DNA from: Paramoeba atlantica
Taxonomy: Eukaryota; Protista; Discosea
Direction: 5' to 3'
Length of the DNA: 64,000 nucleotides
NCBI GenBank assembly: GCA_977017575.1
Contig: CDRNVI010000062.1
Coordinates: 1-64,000, forward strand
Below the pieces are notes generated by a model. The model was not told where the DNA came from, did not search any database, and was given only the letters and a program-made list of their open reading frames with translations. Made by a program: the position numbers and the translations under genes. Positions 34,286 through 45,824 of this stretch are shown here, piece by piece. How positions within the stretch are numbered: the first letter of the stretch is position 1; every line of letters starts with the position of its first letter.

Positions 34286-34742
34286 GGTATTTAGAAGGCT
34301 TGGATAAGGGTATAAGGGGTGTTTGGGGTATAAAAGGGTTTTTAGGAGATAAAAAAGAAAGAGAGAGAGGTGAAGAAGATAGGGGAGAGGGTGGGGATAT
34401 GGGAAAGAAAAGGGTAGGAGAGAAAGAAGGAAAAAGAAGGAGGTAACAAAAGAGGTATTTTTTCTATAAATACGTTTTTGTTATTGTTACTATTCACATT
34501 TAACGTGTTTCTAAAAAAAGCAAAAAAATTAGAAGTCACGCAAAAAAGCAACACTGCCAACCAAATGCTTAAACTTAAACACGGGCACTAAATTCTAAGA
34601 AGAATTCAGACCCAAATTGAAGATAAAAAACACATGAGAAAAAGCTTTACTTTCGTTATTTGCTATCTGATCCCCACAAATATACAAACCCCTTCGAAAG
34701 CAAAAAAACTCATATCTATTCTTCCACTCCCCGCTCTCCGCC

Positions 34743-37346
34743 TTACACCTTCCCCCCTTTCACCACAAAACGCAGCCTGCTCCCGCTGCCATCCAACCCG
34801 ACCTCCACGACACTATCCTCCACGAGCTCATTACTTATGATCATCCGACTCAGCTGGGTGACCACATTTTTATCCATCCACCGTTTTAACGGTCGTGCTC
34901 CAAATTCCGGGTCATAGGCTTGTTCCAGAATAAACGTCTTAGCCGCGGGCTCCAGCACCACCGTCACGCGTTTCTCCGCGAGCTGCTGATTTAACGTTTT
35001 CACCAACGCCTCCACAATCCCATGAAGTTCCGCAAACCCGAGTCTTTTAAACATAACAATATCATCCAGTCGGTTAAGAAACTCGGGACGAAAAAACTGT
35101 CGAACCGCTTGCAAAACTTTACCCTTCGCCACCTCATGAATCCCTGGACTCTCCGGGGCGTGTTGCAAAAACTCAGCCCCCAAATTGGAGGTCAAGATCA
35201 TCACGGTGTTGGTAAAATCCACCGTTCGGCCTTGGCTATCCGTGAGTCGTCCATCATCGAGGGTTTGCAGCAGCACATTCAGCACGTTCGGGTGGGCCTT
35301 CTCCACCTCATCGAACAGCACCACGGAGTGCGGTCGTCGTCGCACGGGCTCCGTGAGTTGGCCCCCTTCCTCATGCCCGACATACCCCGGGGGCGCCCCG
35401 ACAAGCCGTGCCACGCTGTGGGGCTCCATGTACTCACTCATGTCGATTCGGACCATATTCTTTTCACTGTCGAAGAGCTCAGAGGCGAGCGCTTTCGCGA
35501 GCTCTGTCTTTCCCACCCCCGTGGGCCCGATGAAGAGAAAACATCCCGTGGGGCGGGACCGGTGGGAGAGTCCCGCACGGGAGCGCAGAATCGCCTCGGA
35601 AACCGCAGCCACGGCCTCCTCCTGGCCCTGGATACGCCGGTGGAGGACCGCGGGGAGGTGAAGCAGCCGCTGCTGCTCGGTTTGGTTGAGTTTACTCACG
35701 GGGATTCCGGTCCACCGCGCCACGATCAGCGCAATGTCGTTTTCGGTGACACAGTTTTGTAACATGTGGGTTTTTTTTTCACGTTCCATTTTTTCTTTTG
35801 TGGAACGAATCATGTCTTGGATTTGCGGGATGGCGTTGTAGCGAAGATCCGCGGCAGCTTCCATGTCGTGGGAGCGCTCCGCACGTTCGAGTTTTACCCG
35901 TTTTTCCTCTAAACGGGTTTGTAGATCGGTGAGTTGATGCACCAGACTGCGCTCGGCTTCGTAACGGGCCAGGAGAGGCCCGAGTTCGTCTCGGATGCGT
36001 TGAATCTCGGCCTGGATCGCTTGCAGACGTTCTTTGTTTTTGGGATTTTCCGAATCCCGTTCCAGGGCTTTGGTTTCAATCTCCAGTTGTCGTTGACGGC
36101 GCTCTAAGGTGTCGATGTTCTCCGGTCGTGAGTCCAGCTGTACGCGAACGTTGGCACAAGCCTCATCGATTAAATCAATCGCCTTGTCCGGGAGAAATCG
36201 ATTGGTGATGTACCGATCCGAGAGCTGAGCGGCGAGCACAATCGCGTTATCCGTGATCTGTACCCCATGATGGGTTTCATACCGCTCCTGGAGTCCTCGA
36301 AGAATAGAAATACAGTCCGGGACATTGGGCTCGTTAACGTAGACAGGCTGAAACCGGCGCTCAAAAGCGGCGTCTTTTTCCACATGCTTTCGGTACTCTT
36401 GAAGGGTCGTGGCCCCAATGGTTCGCAACTCCCCTCGTGCGAGCATGGGCTTTAACAAATTCGCCGCATCCATGGCCCCTTCCGCTTTTCCCGCACCCAA
36501 CACCAGATGAATCTCATCAATAAACAAAATAATCTCATTCGGATTCTCCTTCACCTCATTCAGCACCGCTTTCAATCTTTCCTCAAACTCCCCACGGTGA
36601 CTGGCCCCCGCAATCAGCGCTCCCATATCAAGAGAAAAAATTCTCCCTTTTAAACTTTCCGGAATGTCCCCTCGCACAATCCGCTGGGCTATCCCCTCCA
36701 CGATCGCCGTCTTCCCCACCCCGGGCTCCCCAATCAGCACGGGGTTATTTTTCGTCCGTCGGCTTAACACCCGAATGGTGCGACGGATCTCCTCATCCCG
36801 CCCCACCACCGGGTCGATCTTCCCCTCCTCCGCGAGTTGGCAAATGTCCTGGCTGTATTTCTCCAGCGCCTCATAGGTGGTTTCCTGATGCGCGGAGGTC
36901 ACCTTTTTACCCTTTCGCAGCTCCGTGACTTTCCCCTCGATCGCTTTTTTCGAAAGCCCCTGTCGGGTCAGAACCTCCCCGAGCTCCCGGCTCTCGTGGA
37001 GACTGAGTAAAAAGTGATCCACGGCCAGCAGCGTGTCCTGCAGAGAAATTCGTTTCTGCTCCGCGGTGTTTAAAATGCGCTGGAGTTCACTGTTCGGGGA
37101 GACCGAGGCCGGGGGAGGGGATTGTCCCGGCAGAGCGTTGGCTTTTTCACGAAACAGCCCCTCTAAATGGGAGGGGTCGGCCCCCAGTTTTTGCGCCACC
37201 CGCGCGGCCAGCCCGTGGGGGTCCTCGAAAAGGGCACAGGCGAGGTGGAACGGGGAGAGGAAACCACAGCCTTTTTGTTTGGCCATGGCGAGAGCGGTGG
37301 AGAGGGCGCGTTGGGCCATTTGGGTCCATTCGGTTGTGCTGGACAT
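34743..37346 (-). CDS. HSP100: HSP100/ClpB AAA+ disaggregase
   Basis: Two Walker A motifs (GEPGVGKT, GPTGVGKT), FIDEIH, middle coiled coil, RIDMSEY, GARPL. Confidence 0.97.
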   Translation of the reverse strand: MSSTTEWTQMAQRALSTALAMAKQKGCGFLSPFHLACALFEDPHGLAARVAQKLGADPSHLEGLFREKANALPGQSPPPASVSPNSELQRILNTAEQKRISLQDTLLAVDHFLLSLHESRELGEVLTRQGLSKKAIEGKVTELRKGKKVTSAHQETTYEALEKYSQDICQLAEEGKIDPVVGRDEEIRRTIRVLSRRTKNNPVLIGEPGVGKTAIVEGIAQRIVRGDIPESLKGRIFSLDMGALIAGASHRGEFEERLKAVLNEVKENPNEIILFIDEIHLVLGAGKAEGAMDAANLLKPMLARGELRTIGATTLQEYRKHVEKDAAFERRFQPVYVNEPNVPDCISILRGLQERYETHHGVQITDNAIVLAAQLSDRYITNRFLPDKAIDLIDEACANVRVQLDSRPENIDTLERRQRQLEIETKALERDSENPKNKERLQAIQAEIQRIRDELGPLLARYEAERSLVHQLTDLQTRLEEKRVKLERAERSHDMEAAADLRYNAIPQIQDMIRSTKEKMEREKKTHMLQNCVTENDIALIVARWTGIPVSKLNQTEQQRLLHLPAVLHRRIQGQEEAVAAVSEAILRSRAGLSHRSRPTGCFLFIGPTGVGKTELAKALASELFDSEKNMVRIDMSEYMEPHSVARLVGAPPGYVGHEEGGQLTEPVRRRPHSVVLFDEVEKAHPNVLNVLLQTLDDGRLTDSQGRTVDFTNTVMILTSNLGAEFLQHAPESPGIHEVAKGKVLQAVRQFFRPEFLNRLDDIVMFKRLGFAELHGIVEALVKTLNQQLAEKRVTVVLEPAAKTFILEQAYDPEFGARPLKRWMDKNVVTQLSRMIISNELVEDSVVEVGLDGSGSRLRFVVKGGKV

Positions 37347-37367
37347 GAGAGAGGGGGAGAAAGTGTT

Positions 37368-37560
<193 letters not shown>

Positions 37561-37769
37561 AGAAGAGGTAAATAAAAAAGGGTTGAAGAGGATCTTTCTT
37601 TGTTCTGGTGTCAAATTATCGAAAGACAACAACGGAGATTTTAGTCACGTAAGGTCTCGGGCAGGCGACTGAGGTTCGGAAACTTCGAACATAGATTACA
37701 AACGTTCAGGAGAGGAGGTAAAAACTCCAAGTCTATTCTGTGTGAAGAATTACCAACGAGAGCTCTATT

Positions 37770-37852
37770 TTTTCACTGTTTTTGTTCACTTTGTTTCTTC
37801 AATAAACGAGGGTAGAGCGGTAGTTATGTAAAATAACCGCTGCAATAAAGGA
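37770..37852. mobile_element. Solo diverged short-hairpin end of family A
   Basis: GAGGGTAGAGCGGTAGTTATGTAAAATAACCGCTGCAAT. Confidence 0.65.
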
Positions 37853-38095
37853 CACTGAATTACAGGTCGATAAATCCTGTGAATCGAGAGTGAATGAATC
37901 TTCAAGATATAGTCTTCGAGAATTACAGGACATTTTCAACCTAAAAGGGGATGTGCCTTAATTAACGTGTCGCGTAATTACACTTAATTATAGTAAGTTC
38001 CAACCTGTATTCCGTATCTCCCTGAATTTTGTTCATGGAACGTTTGTGGGCCCAAGTACGATCGTTAAAGTCTACTTTGATGGCTATGCGTATTG

Positions 38096-38800
38096 TTAAG
38101 GAATTACCTTCTTCACAAGATCCATTACATTTCCTCCCGGAACTCGAAAAGCTTCCTCCTTGAATGCACTGTCTTTAACGTACAGAAACGGGTTACCGTC
38201 CAAGCCCAGTTGACCCATTCCTTTGGGAAGAGAACTCAAGCTGACATGACCACGAAAACGATTGCTATTTAGAAGAAGTGAATTCATTGCGGAAGGAAGG
38301 TTTGTTAAATCCAACGGCCCACTGAATTGATTGCTAACCAATTCAAGCAAATAAAGAGTTTGAGGTAACTTGGTGAGACAGATCTCTCCGGAAAAATTGT
38401 TGTTACTCAAGACCATATAGGCTATATTACCTGGAAGCGCAGTGAAGTCAGCCTTTCCACGAAAAAAATTACCATCAATGCAGAAATTAAGAAGCTTCGG
38501 TGGCAGCTCCGTAAAAGGTACCTCACCTTCCAGTCCATTACTGTAGAGTTTTAAAATAACCAGAGCATGAGGGAGAAATTCCCACCGAAGAATCCCCGAA
38601 AGGCGGAATCGATGCCATTCAATTTCAGTAACACGGCCTTCCTCATCGCATGTGATTCCACTCCACCTACAAGCGGGAGTGTCTATATTCCATGACGGCC
38701 GATGAAGTTTCACGTTTTCAATGAGATGCGCAAGTTGATATTCTGGAGGCGGCAAGTTTCCTCGCACCTTTGCAGCCTTCAGTGGAATGCTCGTGTTCAT
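38096..38800 (-). CDS. Plant-type LRR protein (234 aa from MNTSIP)
   Basis: N-cap ACRWSGITC, repeats LxxLxLxxNxFsG; start chosen by identity with paralogs 52521 and 54737. Confidence 0.85.
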   Translation of the reverse strand: MNTSIPLKAAKVRGNLPPPEYQLAHLIENVKLHRPSWNIDTPACRWSGITCDEEGRVTEIEWHRFRLSGILRWEFLPHALVILKLYSNGLEGEVPFTELPPKLLNFCIDGNFFRGKADFTALPGNIAYMVLSNNNFSGEICLTKLPQTLYLLELVSNQFSGPLDLTNLPSAMNSLLLNSNRFRGHVSLSSLPKGMGQLGLDGNPFLYVKDSAFKEEAFRVPGGNVMDLVKKVIP

Positions 38801-39596
38801 ACTTCTGCTAGGGAAATAAGAAAAGTTGACTGAAGCACGTAATTCTTGCATAAAAACAAGTTGGAAATCGGAAAATCGTAATAAGCCATGTTCCGTGTTA
38901 GTAACACGAAAGTAAGGGCGAAGGCAAAGCTCTTCGCTAGGGGAGAGAGATCTCTTGTTTGCAACAACAATGAGCAAAAACGAAAAACAAAAGAATCAAA
39001 ATTCCACACGACGGGGGGGGGAGGTCAATAACCTCCCCTGTACTTACGTATCTCCATTGTTTTTTTTTGTATATTTTGCGCTGCAAAGCGCATCACCGGT
39101 AAAGTGACTAATTGAACATTAAAGTGACATTGGAATATTGAAAAGCAAGCTGACATTAATCGGTACCCAGATTACACTTTTTAAGTTTTATGAAGTATTC
39201 GCTACGATATTACACTTGGATACGTAGCCCCTAACCACCATCCACTGACAGGAAAATCCTTGCAGATGTTTCAGCTTCAGCAACAAAGCCAAGAACAAGG
39301 CTCCGCAAGCTGTCCTATACCACTGTTGAATACTGGGTTAAAAACCTTTCAGAGGTGTATTGGACACAAGAATGGGAGTAAGAAGTTGCACTAAGTTTTG
39401 AGGACTCCATGGCACCGAAAAACCGCTCGAAAATAACTGAATCATTTTCACATGACACTTCAAAAGTCGCATCTTTACCATTGTGCTTTACAAATTCCTA
39501 TTCGCCTTCCAGAACCTTCTTTGCCTCATCTTTTCCTTCCATCCAACCCCATCATCCTCAACAGAATTCATTCTTCCAGATAGCCTCTGTGCTCTC

Positions 39597-42500
39597 TCAG
39601 GAAAGCATTTCCTCCCGTGACAGCTCTTCCAGCCTTTGCTGGGTCGCTTTTCGGTATTCCATCTCCTCTTTCTTTCGTTGCGCGAGCTGTGCTTGCTGTG
39701 CTTCCACCAGAGTGTGGGTAACCGGAACCTCCACGTGTCGTATTTCATACCCGACCCCATAGGAGGACTTCGAGGATCCCTCGGTCGCCCCTCCCCCCAC
39801 TCGCTTCTTACGAATCGCTACCCCAAGCGAAACCGTTTGCTGGGTATGGATCTTTTTTTCCGTATTTTTTGAGGATAACAAAAGATCTTTTTCTTTGGCA
39901 TGATCTTCCCCTTTTTCATGGGATAATGATTCCTTGTTTTCGTGAGAGGATCGTAGTAAGGACGTGCGACCGGCCAAAGGGGTAGGACCCAGTCTACGCC
40001 CTCCCATGGATTTAAGGGTATTTTGTAACTTGATGGCATCAAAGCTTTCTTTGGCCGTTTCTCGTAGAAGCCGGTCCATTTCCTCCTCTTCTTTTGGATT
40101 GCTTAATGGTTGATTCGCGTGAGTTGCGTTCTCTTCTTCATCCCATTTTTCGTTCTCAAATTCATTTTCTGCATCGATTTCAGCGTCTTTGGATTGGCTC
40201 TCGTCCCGTGCAGTTGTTTTTTCCTCTTTAGAAACATTTAGACGCTTCATTTCTTCCTCCGTAGTGAGCTCTTCCTCCTCTGTACTTTCCTCCAGTGAAT
40301 CTTGTACCTCCACTTGTTGTAAAAATCGGTCATCCTCAATCGGATGCAACGCTTTATCCATTTCAGCATGTGATAACGCGAAATAATACACATAATCGTT
40401 CACAGGGTCTTGCGAAGCCTCCTGCACTCGTGACTTTGTCATCCCCGCTTTACGCGAAAAAGACGAAAGCGTAAAAGCATGTGCTTTACTGCTCTTGCTG
40501 TTCTTTTTTCCCGAATTTCGCGTTTCTGCTGCCGCTCGATCCAACTCTTTCATCACGCGGTCTAAATTCTCATTTGCCTCCTTTAAGGTTGCAGGAAAGG
40601 CTGAAACGAGATTGAACCCCGCAGGCGATTGTTTCGAAAGCCCTTCATGGACTTCTGCAAATAGAAACCCTAGAGCGACGGGAAGCGGTTTCGGCAAACG
40701 CTGCATGTTTCGAAAAAAATAAAAAAGATAATAAAACAGCCGGGAGCGAAAAAGAGGATCCGTAAACCGTGTTTTAAACCGGGAAAGCGTGAGCGCGTGC
40801 AGGAGGGTAAGCACAAGCCGCGCACGGGCGTAGCCCCCATGGGGGGTGTCCTGCTCCATCCCATACAGCGTTACCATATAGAGAACATAGAAAAGAGTCC
40901 CATCGGTGAGCATACGACGTGAGGCGAACTCACCAAGGAAGCGAATATCGTGGATTCGTTTTTGTATCGCACGAACGGGATGGGGCGACGAAAAGAATTC
41001 GTTTTCTAAATCCTGACGAAGTCGTTCGACAATGTCGTCAATTAAAAGGTGAGTGTGCGTACGCCACATTTTGTCGTTTTTCCACAGAATGTGAAGCACA
41101 TTGGTGAGGTCTTCGATGCCCGTATCCCGCATACGAGCGGTTTTTCGCATCACACGTTGAAGCATTTGGAGATTTTCCGGTTTTGAACAGTCCAGTTTAC
41201 GAATTTGTTTGCTCACGAAACTGACATTGTCACTGGAAAGCTCCACGAAAAGTAAATGGCGAAAGTAACGTTCCAGCATGGGTTTGTCGGTGTCTTTTCG
41301 TGTTGTCTTGGGGACGTTAAGCAATGCTTTCTCCTGGGCCGCTGTTTGGTCTTCTATAATAGATTTACATGTGGAGATGGCAGTCCCGAGACGAAGCTCC
41401 AACTCACCTCCCAGCACACGAATGGATTTTACAAAACTTCGAAGGAGGGATTCGAATTTAGGTCGTGTTACGGCGTTTCGAGTTAAATAGGGACCTACAG
41501 ATTGTAAAAACAGCAGCAGCGATTCCCCATTATGGGATCTCCCTTTGAGTTGCGCAATGTCTCCGCAGTAGGAAAGCAGACGAAGTAAACTTGCACTGGA
41601 ACCGAGTTGGAACTTCGTTGCCTCACACAGCAACGTAACCAATGCGTGTTTAGGGCCGAGATCGGAGAAAGCGGATTGATCGACCATTTTCATCAGCCCC
41701 TCTTCGCATTGTTTGAAGCAAATCTCACCTAAATCGGTCAGAATGGGTTCAGAAGAGGCTTGTAGCATCGCTGCAATGCGTAGCAATCCGGGAGCACTGG
41801 CTTTGTGCTCAAAAGGCATCTCACTGATCGATCGGATCAGTTTTTTCTTACAGGAGAGTAAAAACGAGCGCCCTTGATCCTTGGAATGCCGTGTGCGGTA
41901 TCGATTGAGCGCATGAGAAGGGGATAAAAAGGTAGAAAGCCATGTCTCAGCGGAATGAGAAACTTTTACCAGGTCCATAGCTTCGGACGAAAGCACATGA
42001 TAAAGTAAGCCCAGGTCCTGAGTAACAGATAGCACCGCTTCTTGCTCCTCAACTTCAACATCCGTGTCCGTGAGAGAGGCGGCTCTCGGAGCTCCCAACG
42101 CCTCATCAATCGGAATGGCTATGGAGGCAACATTATGATAAAAGGCTTCCTCGTCTTCCGTTTCAAAAAGTTTATCGCTGGACCAGGAAATCTCCCCCAC
42201 GGAATAAAAAGCAGACAGCCCGGAGAGCAGAACAATATCCGATGTGTTTGCGGAATCTTTTTGAGAAGATTTTAAGTCATCCTGTAACGATGCCAAGGTA
42301 GGGGGGCTTTGTAGAGGAATCAATTCCCCATTCGGGTGTGTCACAACAATAGGGTGAAGTAACTGATAAAGCTTGTCGGCTATTTTTTTCTGCGTCCCGA
42401 ATTGTTCACAAAGCGTCTCGGGAAGCTCCCCGGTACGTCGGATGACTTCCAAATTTTCTTTCCACAACGCTTTCATTTCGGAGTAAACTTCGTCCAAAAT

Positions 42501-43355
42501 GTCAGTACAGAATTGGGAGACGTTTTTTACAAGTTCTTTAAATTCCTCCGCGGACGCCTGGCTGACATAAAGTTCCAAACTGGGCTCTGCACGTGAAACA
42601 ATATCGTCAAAAGATGCAGTTTTATTCCTTTCTTCGCCCGACTCTGATATTTCTTGCCACTGTTTCGCACCATACAAATGACAGCCGATACTTTTTACAA
42701 TAATTTGCACCACGGACAACGCAAGTGTGACAATACCCGATGGAGGAATTAACTCCGGGTTATTTTCTGAATTTTGCAGCGTTTTGAGCGCTTCTCTAGA
42801 AAGGTAGGAACGCTGTAACTGAGAAATAACCCAACGAAACAATTTCCACTCGGTGATAACACCATAGCGAAATAACGCACAACACAGTCGCGTGAGAATG
42901 CGAGATCGGGTCACGTCTTCTGCCTCCTTTCGGGGAGCAAGAAAAAAGGAAAGGGTCCATCGTTTTTTGAGATCTCCTAAAAGGGCAGGAGTAAAGCTTC
43001 CGTAGCGTTGGTGCATCTCTCCACACACCAGGGCAAGGCTCGGTACATCGGATGATTTGGTTTTTCCTTCTAGAACGGTGCTGATAATGTTTCCTGCGGC
43101 CTCGGTAAGATATCGGCTTAGATTAAGTTGTTGCACGTCACGTATCACGACCGGGAGAGAACTGCTTTTGAACTCCGCAATGCGACGAAGAAATATCGCG
43201 GATCTTTTCATGTCACTGGAGAGCTCACGGAGTTGGGCTGTGTCCAGTCGGTACGGTTTGGGTTCCAGATTTCGATTACGAAGCTCCTGGAGGCATTCTG
43301 CGTTCTCTATACAGTCGTTTTCAAGATGGAGATTAGGTGTAGAAAAGGTCGTCAT
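39597..43355 (-). CDS. UPF2: UPF2 nonsense-mediated decay factor (MIF4G repeats)
   Basis: N-terminal LSSDMKR..LNLSRYLTEA..MHQRY, third MIF4G IRFLGE, acidic region and C-terminal basic segment. Confidence 0.82.
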   Translation of the reverse strand: MTTFSTPNLHLENDCIENAECLQELRNRNLEPKPYRLDTAQLRELSSDMKRSAIFLRRIAEFKSSSLPVVIRDVQQLNLSRYLTEAAGNIISTVLEGKTKSSDVPSLALVCGEMHQRYGSFTPALLGDLKKRWTLSFFLAPRKEAEDVTRSRILTRLCCALFRYGVITEWKLFRWVISQLQRSYLSREALKTLQNSENNPELIPPSGIVTLALSVVQIIVKSIGCHLYGAKQWQEISESGEERNKTASFDDIVSRAEPSLELYVSQASAEEFKELVKNVSQFCTDILDEVYSEMKALWKENLEVIRRTGELPETLCEQFGTQKKIADKLYQLLHPIVVTHPNGELIPLQSPPTLASLQDDLKSSQKDSANTSDIVLLSGLSAFYSVGEISWSSDKLFETEDEEAFYHNVASIAIPIDEALGAPRAASLTDTDVEVEEQEAVLSVTQDLGLLYHVLSSEAMDLVKVSHSAETWLSTFLSPSHALNRYRTRHSKDQGRSFLLSCKKKLIRSISEMPFEHKASAPGLLRIAAMLQASSEPILTDLGEICFKQCEEGLMKMVDQSAFSDLGPKHALVTLLCEATKFQLGSSASLLRLLSYCGDIAQLKGRSHNGESLLLFLQSVGPYLTRNAVTRPKFESLLRSFVKSIRVLGGELELRLGTAISTCKSIIEDQTAAQEKALLNVPKTTRKDTDKPMLERYFRHLLFVELSSDNVSFVSKQIRKLDCSKPENLQMLQRVMRKTARMRDTGIEDLTNVLHILWKNDKMWRTHTHLLIDDIVERLRQDLENEFFSSPHPVRAIQKRIHDIRFLGEFASRRMLTDGTLFYVLYMVTLYGMEQDTPHGGYARARLVLTLLHALTLSRFKTRFTDPLFRSRLFYYLFYFFRNMQRLPKPLPVALGFLFAEVHEGLSKQSPAGFNLVSAFPATLKEANENLDRVMKELDRAAAETRNSGKKNSKSSKAHAFTLSSFSRKAGMTKSRVQEASQDPVNDYVYYFALSHAEMDKALHPIEDDRFLQQVEVQDSLEESTEEEELTTEEEMKRLNVSKEEKTTARDESQSKDAEIDAENEFENEKWDEEENATHANQPLSNPKEEEEMDRLLRETAKESFDAIKLQNTLKSMGGRRLGPTPLAGRTSLLRSSHENKESLSHEKGEDHAKEKDLLLSSKNTEKKIHTQQTVSLGVAIRKKRVGGGATEGSSKSSYGVGYEIRHVEVPVTHTLVEAQQAQLAQRKKEEMEYRKATQQRLEELSREEMLS

Positions 43356-43699
43356 GTAGGAAAGGGAATTTATCTATTACTAGTTAGATAGTGGACGTTG
43401 AGCTTTGATTTTTTGCCTTGCGGTACTGGAAAAACCTACTCGGGGTACGGGCTAATGAAATTATTAAGATTAAAATTGTTGCACAATAAAAAATTCACAA
43501 ATTTTTGTTTTCCTGTTTTTTCCTGTTGAATGTGTGTGTCTTTTACAGAAAAAATGATGAAGTCACACATACAGCAGAGGTCTTTGGAGGACGTTGAGAA
43601 CAAACACCGCGTCCAAAGAAGTGACGAAAACCAAACAAAGAAAATATAAACTTATTTAAACACCGAGAACCCTGAAAAAAGAGAAAAAAGAAAAACAGC

Positions 43700-44383
43700 C
43701 TAGCCGCTGAAATCCTCAAACCCTCGAACGCGGGTGAGTATACCATTGTTGACGATAATTTCAGTTCGTGTCACATCATAGTGCAAGCCCTTATACCTTT
43801 CCTCCACGTCCAAAATCCCCTCTAATTTTTTGTTTCTATCCAGATAAATGTCACGCAGAGACGAGGGGAGAACCGAAAAATCAACCCACCCTGAAAAGTC
43901 GTTTCCAGCAATGCTCAAGTATTTTATCGAAGGAGGCAAAGACAGAAAATTCGGCGTTCCAGTAAATTTATTGTCTGAAATGCCGAGATTTTCCAATGAG
44001 GAAGGCAGACATTCAAACGGAACGTTTCCTTCCAATTGATTTCCCCAAAGCTTTAACTCTACTACAGTTCTGGGAAGATAATTCCAATCCAACTCACCAC
44101 TGAGGTAACCGTTGTACCAATAAATGCCCATCACGTTGAGTTCTAAATCGCAATCAATTCCACCCCATTCACATGCGGGGGTATCGGTACTCCACGTGTC
44201 TTGATCCTGTTCCACGTTTTTCACGAATCGTGCCAAGTCATACTCCAGGGGGAGGGGAACTCCAGATACTTTTCCCGGGCGCTGGCCATGTGGAGCTTCT
44301 GAAGCCAATGTACGCAACAAAATGTTGTGGTAGATAGGCATATAGAATGCTTTTTTAGAGTTTCTAATAAGGAAGAGAAACAA
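43700..44383 (-). CDS. Plant-type LRR protein, distant paralog
   Basis: PLEYDL..TPACEWGGIDC, LxLxxNxLxG repeats. Confidence 0.85.
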   Translation of the reverse strand: MFLFLIRNSKKAFYMPIYHNILLRTLASEAPHGQRPGKVSGVPLPLEYDLARFVKNVEQDQDTWSTDTPACEWGGIDCDLELNVMGIYWYNGYLSGELDWNYLPRTVVELKLWGNQLEGNVPFECLPSSLENLGISDNKFTGTPNFLSLPPSIKYLSIAGNDFSGWVDFSVLPSSLRDIYLDRNKKLEGILDVEERYKGLHYDVTRTEIIVNNGILTRVRGFEDFSG

Positions 44384-44493
44384 AGTTCACCGGCTCGAAT
44401 CAATTTTTTGTCACCGGTTATTCGAGGTTTTGCCACCGGTTATTCGAAGGAGTTTTACCACCGGTTATGGGTAAATCTGAAAAAAAAATACTA

Positions 44494-45780
44494 AAGGGAG
44501 GGCTCGTCTACTGTTGGCAACTTTTTTTGCCAACAATAGCCGATTGCCAACAATAGATGATACAATACCCCCTTTAACCAACAATAGATGGAGCGGCAAT
44601 AAAATCATCTATTGTTGGCCATCAAGGTAACTTACGCTACGTTTATTTTTTAGGCTCTTCGTTAAACGCGGTGGTTGTTTTCAACTTAGAAGTCACTCAT
44701 GCTGCGCGCTTCGCGTTGAAAACTACCACCGCGTTTAACGAAGAGCCTAAAAAAGAAAGTTTAGCCTGGAAAACGGAAAGATTATAGCCAAAAATAGCCG
44801 AATTTCGGGTAAAAATGGGGTGATTTTCGCGTATTTTTGCTGTCAGAGCACTAAATCCGACATTTGCGCATGGGAAATCACTCGTAGGCATGAATAGAAG
44901 CCTACCAAACGTATTGGGTAGAGAATGCGACTCCAACCATGCCATTCTTTCGACACAAAAATGCCACTTTAGGTCCGAAAAATACTTTTTCACCTTTTTA
45001 GTCAAAAATGGGTCATTTTGAGGGGCGCACCACGGTTAGAAGAAGGGATACCTTGCGAAAACAACTGCGGAGAAAGCTAGTGTAGGTCCCAAACTATCAA
45101 AATACAATAGGGGAAACGATTTTGGAAAAATATTTTTTTTACCATTTTTTTCGCCAAGTTGAAATTTTTTTCAATTTTTTTTTCCGAAAAAATCCGAACT
45201 TGGCGGACCCGTCCTGCGGATACGCGGGGGAGTCACCCCCGGGTAGGGGGGTGGAAAATGCGCGCCAAGACCCCGGCTACCCTTTCTGCGGTTTCGAAAA
45301 CTATTTTTTTCGAAAAAATTTGCTCGACCATGACCCCCCTGGACCCCCAATTTTTTTCAATTTTTTTTAAGTTTTGGACCACCGGAGCCCCCTTTTATAT
45401 TTTTTTCTTCTATTATATTACTGTGTTCCTCTTTATATTTTCACTGTTTTTGTTCACCTTTTTTCTAATAATCGAGGGTAGAGCGGTAGTTTTACAACCA
45501 CCGCAATCACTTACACTACCGTCGCCCCCCCCCTCACATACACGAGGATACATACATGCACATGTATACGTATCTTCGAAAAAGAGGAAATTTTCGAAAA
45601 GTTTCGAAAAAAGTGGAAATTTTGACCTTAGCAGACTCCAGGATTTTATCCGCCATACATGGCAATGAATCAAAAAAATCAAAATTAATTAAATGTCAAC
45701 AATAACCGATTGCCAACAATAGATGATTTTATTAGTTTGCCAACAATAGATGATTGCGAACAATAGACGTACGCCCCCTT
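44494..45780. mobile_element. TA-flanked TIR element (AAGGG.. termini) carrying an inserted family A copy
   Basis: TA|AAGGGAGGGCTCGTCTACTGTTGGC ... GCGAACAATAGACGTACGCCCCCTT|TA; subterminal AACAATAG repeats. Confidence 0.65.
44646..45507. mobile_element. Family A, complete copy (palindrome left, hairpin + CAAT right)
   Basis: Both termini present. Confidence 0.85.
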
Positions 45781-45824
45781 TACTGAAGACACTACTGTCC
45801 CTGCCATTAATAATGATAACAATA

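Noticed and set aside
38180-38189. GTTTCTGTAC on the minus strand, resembling the spliced-leader core
   Set aside because: Lies inside an LRR coding region with no other SL exon or intron features.
44405-44470. Three CACCGGTTAT repeats at ~24-nt spacing, as a CRISPR-like array
   Set aside because: Repeats and spacers are too short, there are no cas genes, and the context is eukaryotic.
44628-45520. ACTTAC(G/A)CTAC on both sides of a family A copy as an 11-bp TSD
   Set aside because: Mismatched and offset from the termini; not seen at other copies, and the host MITE is internally repetitive.
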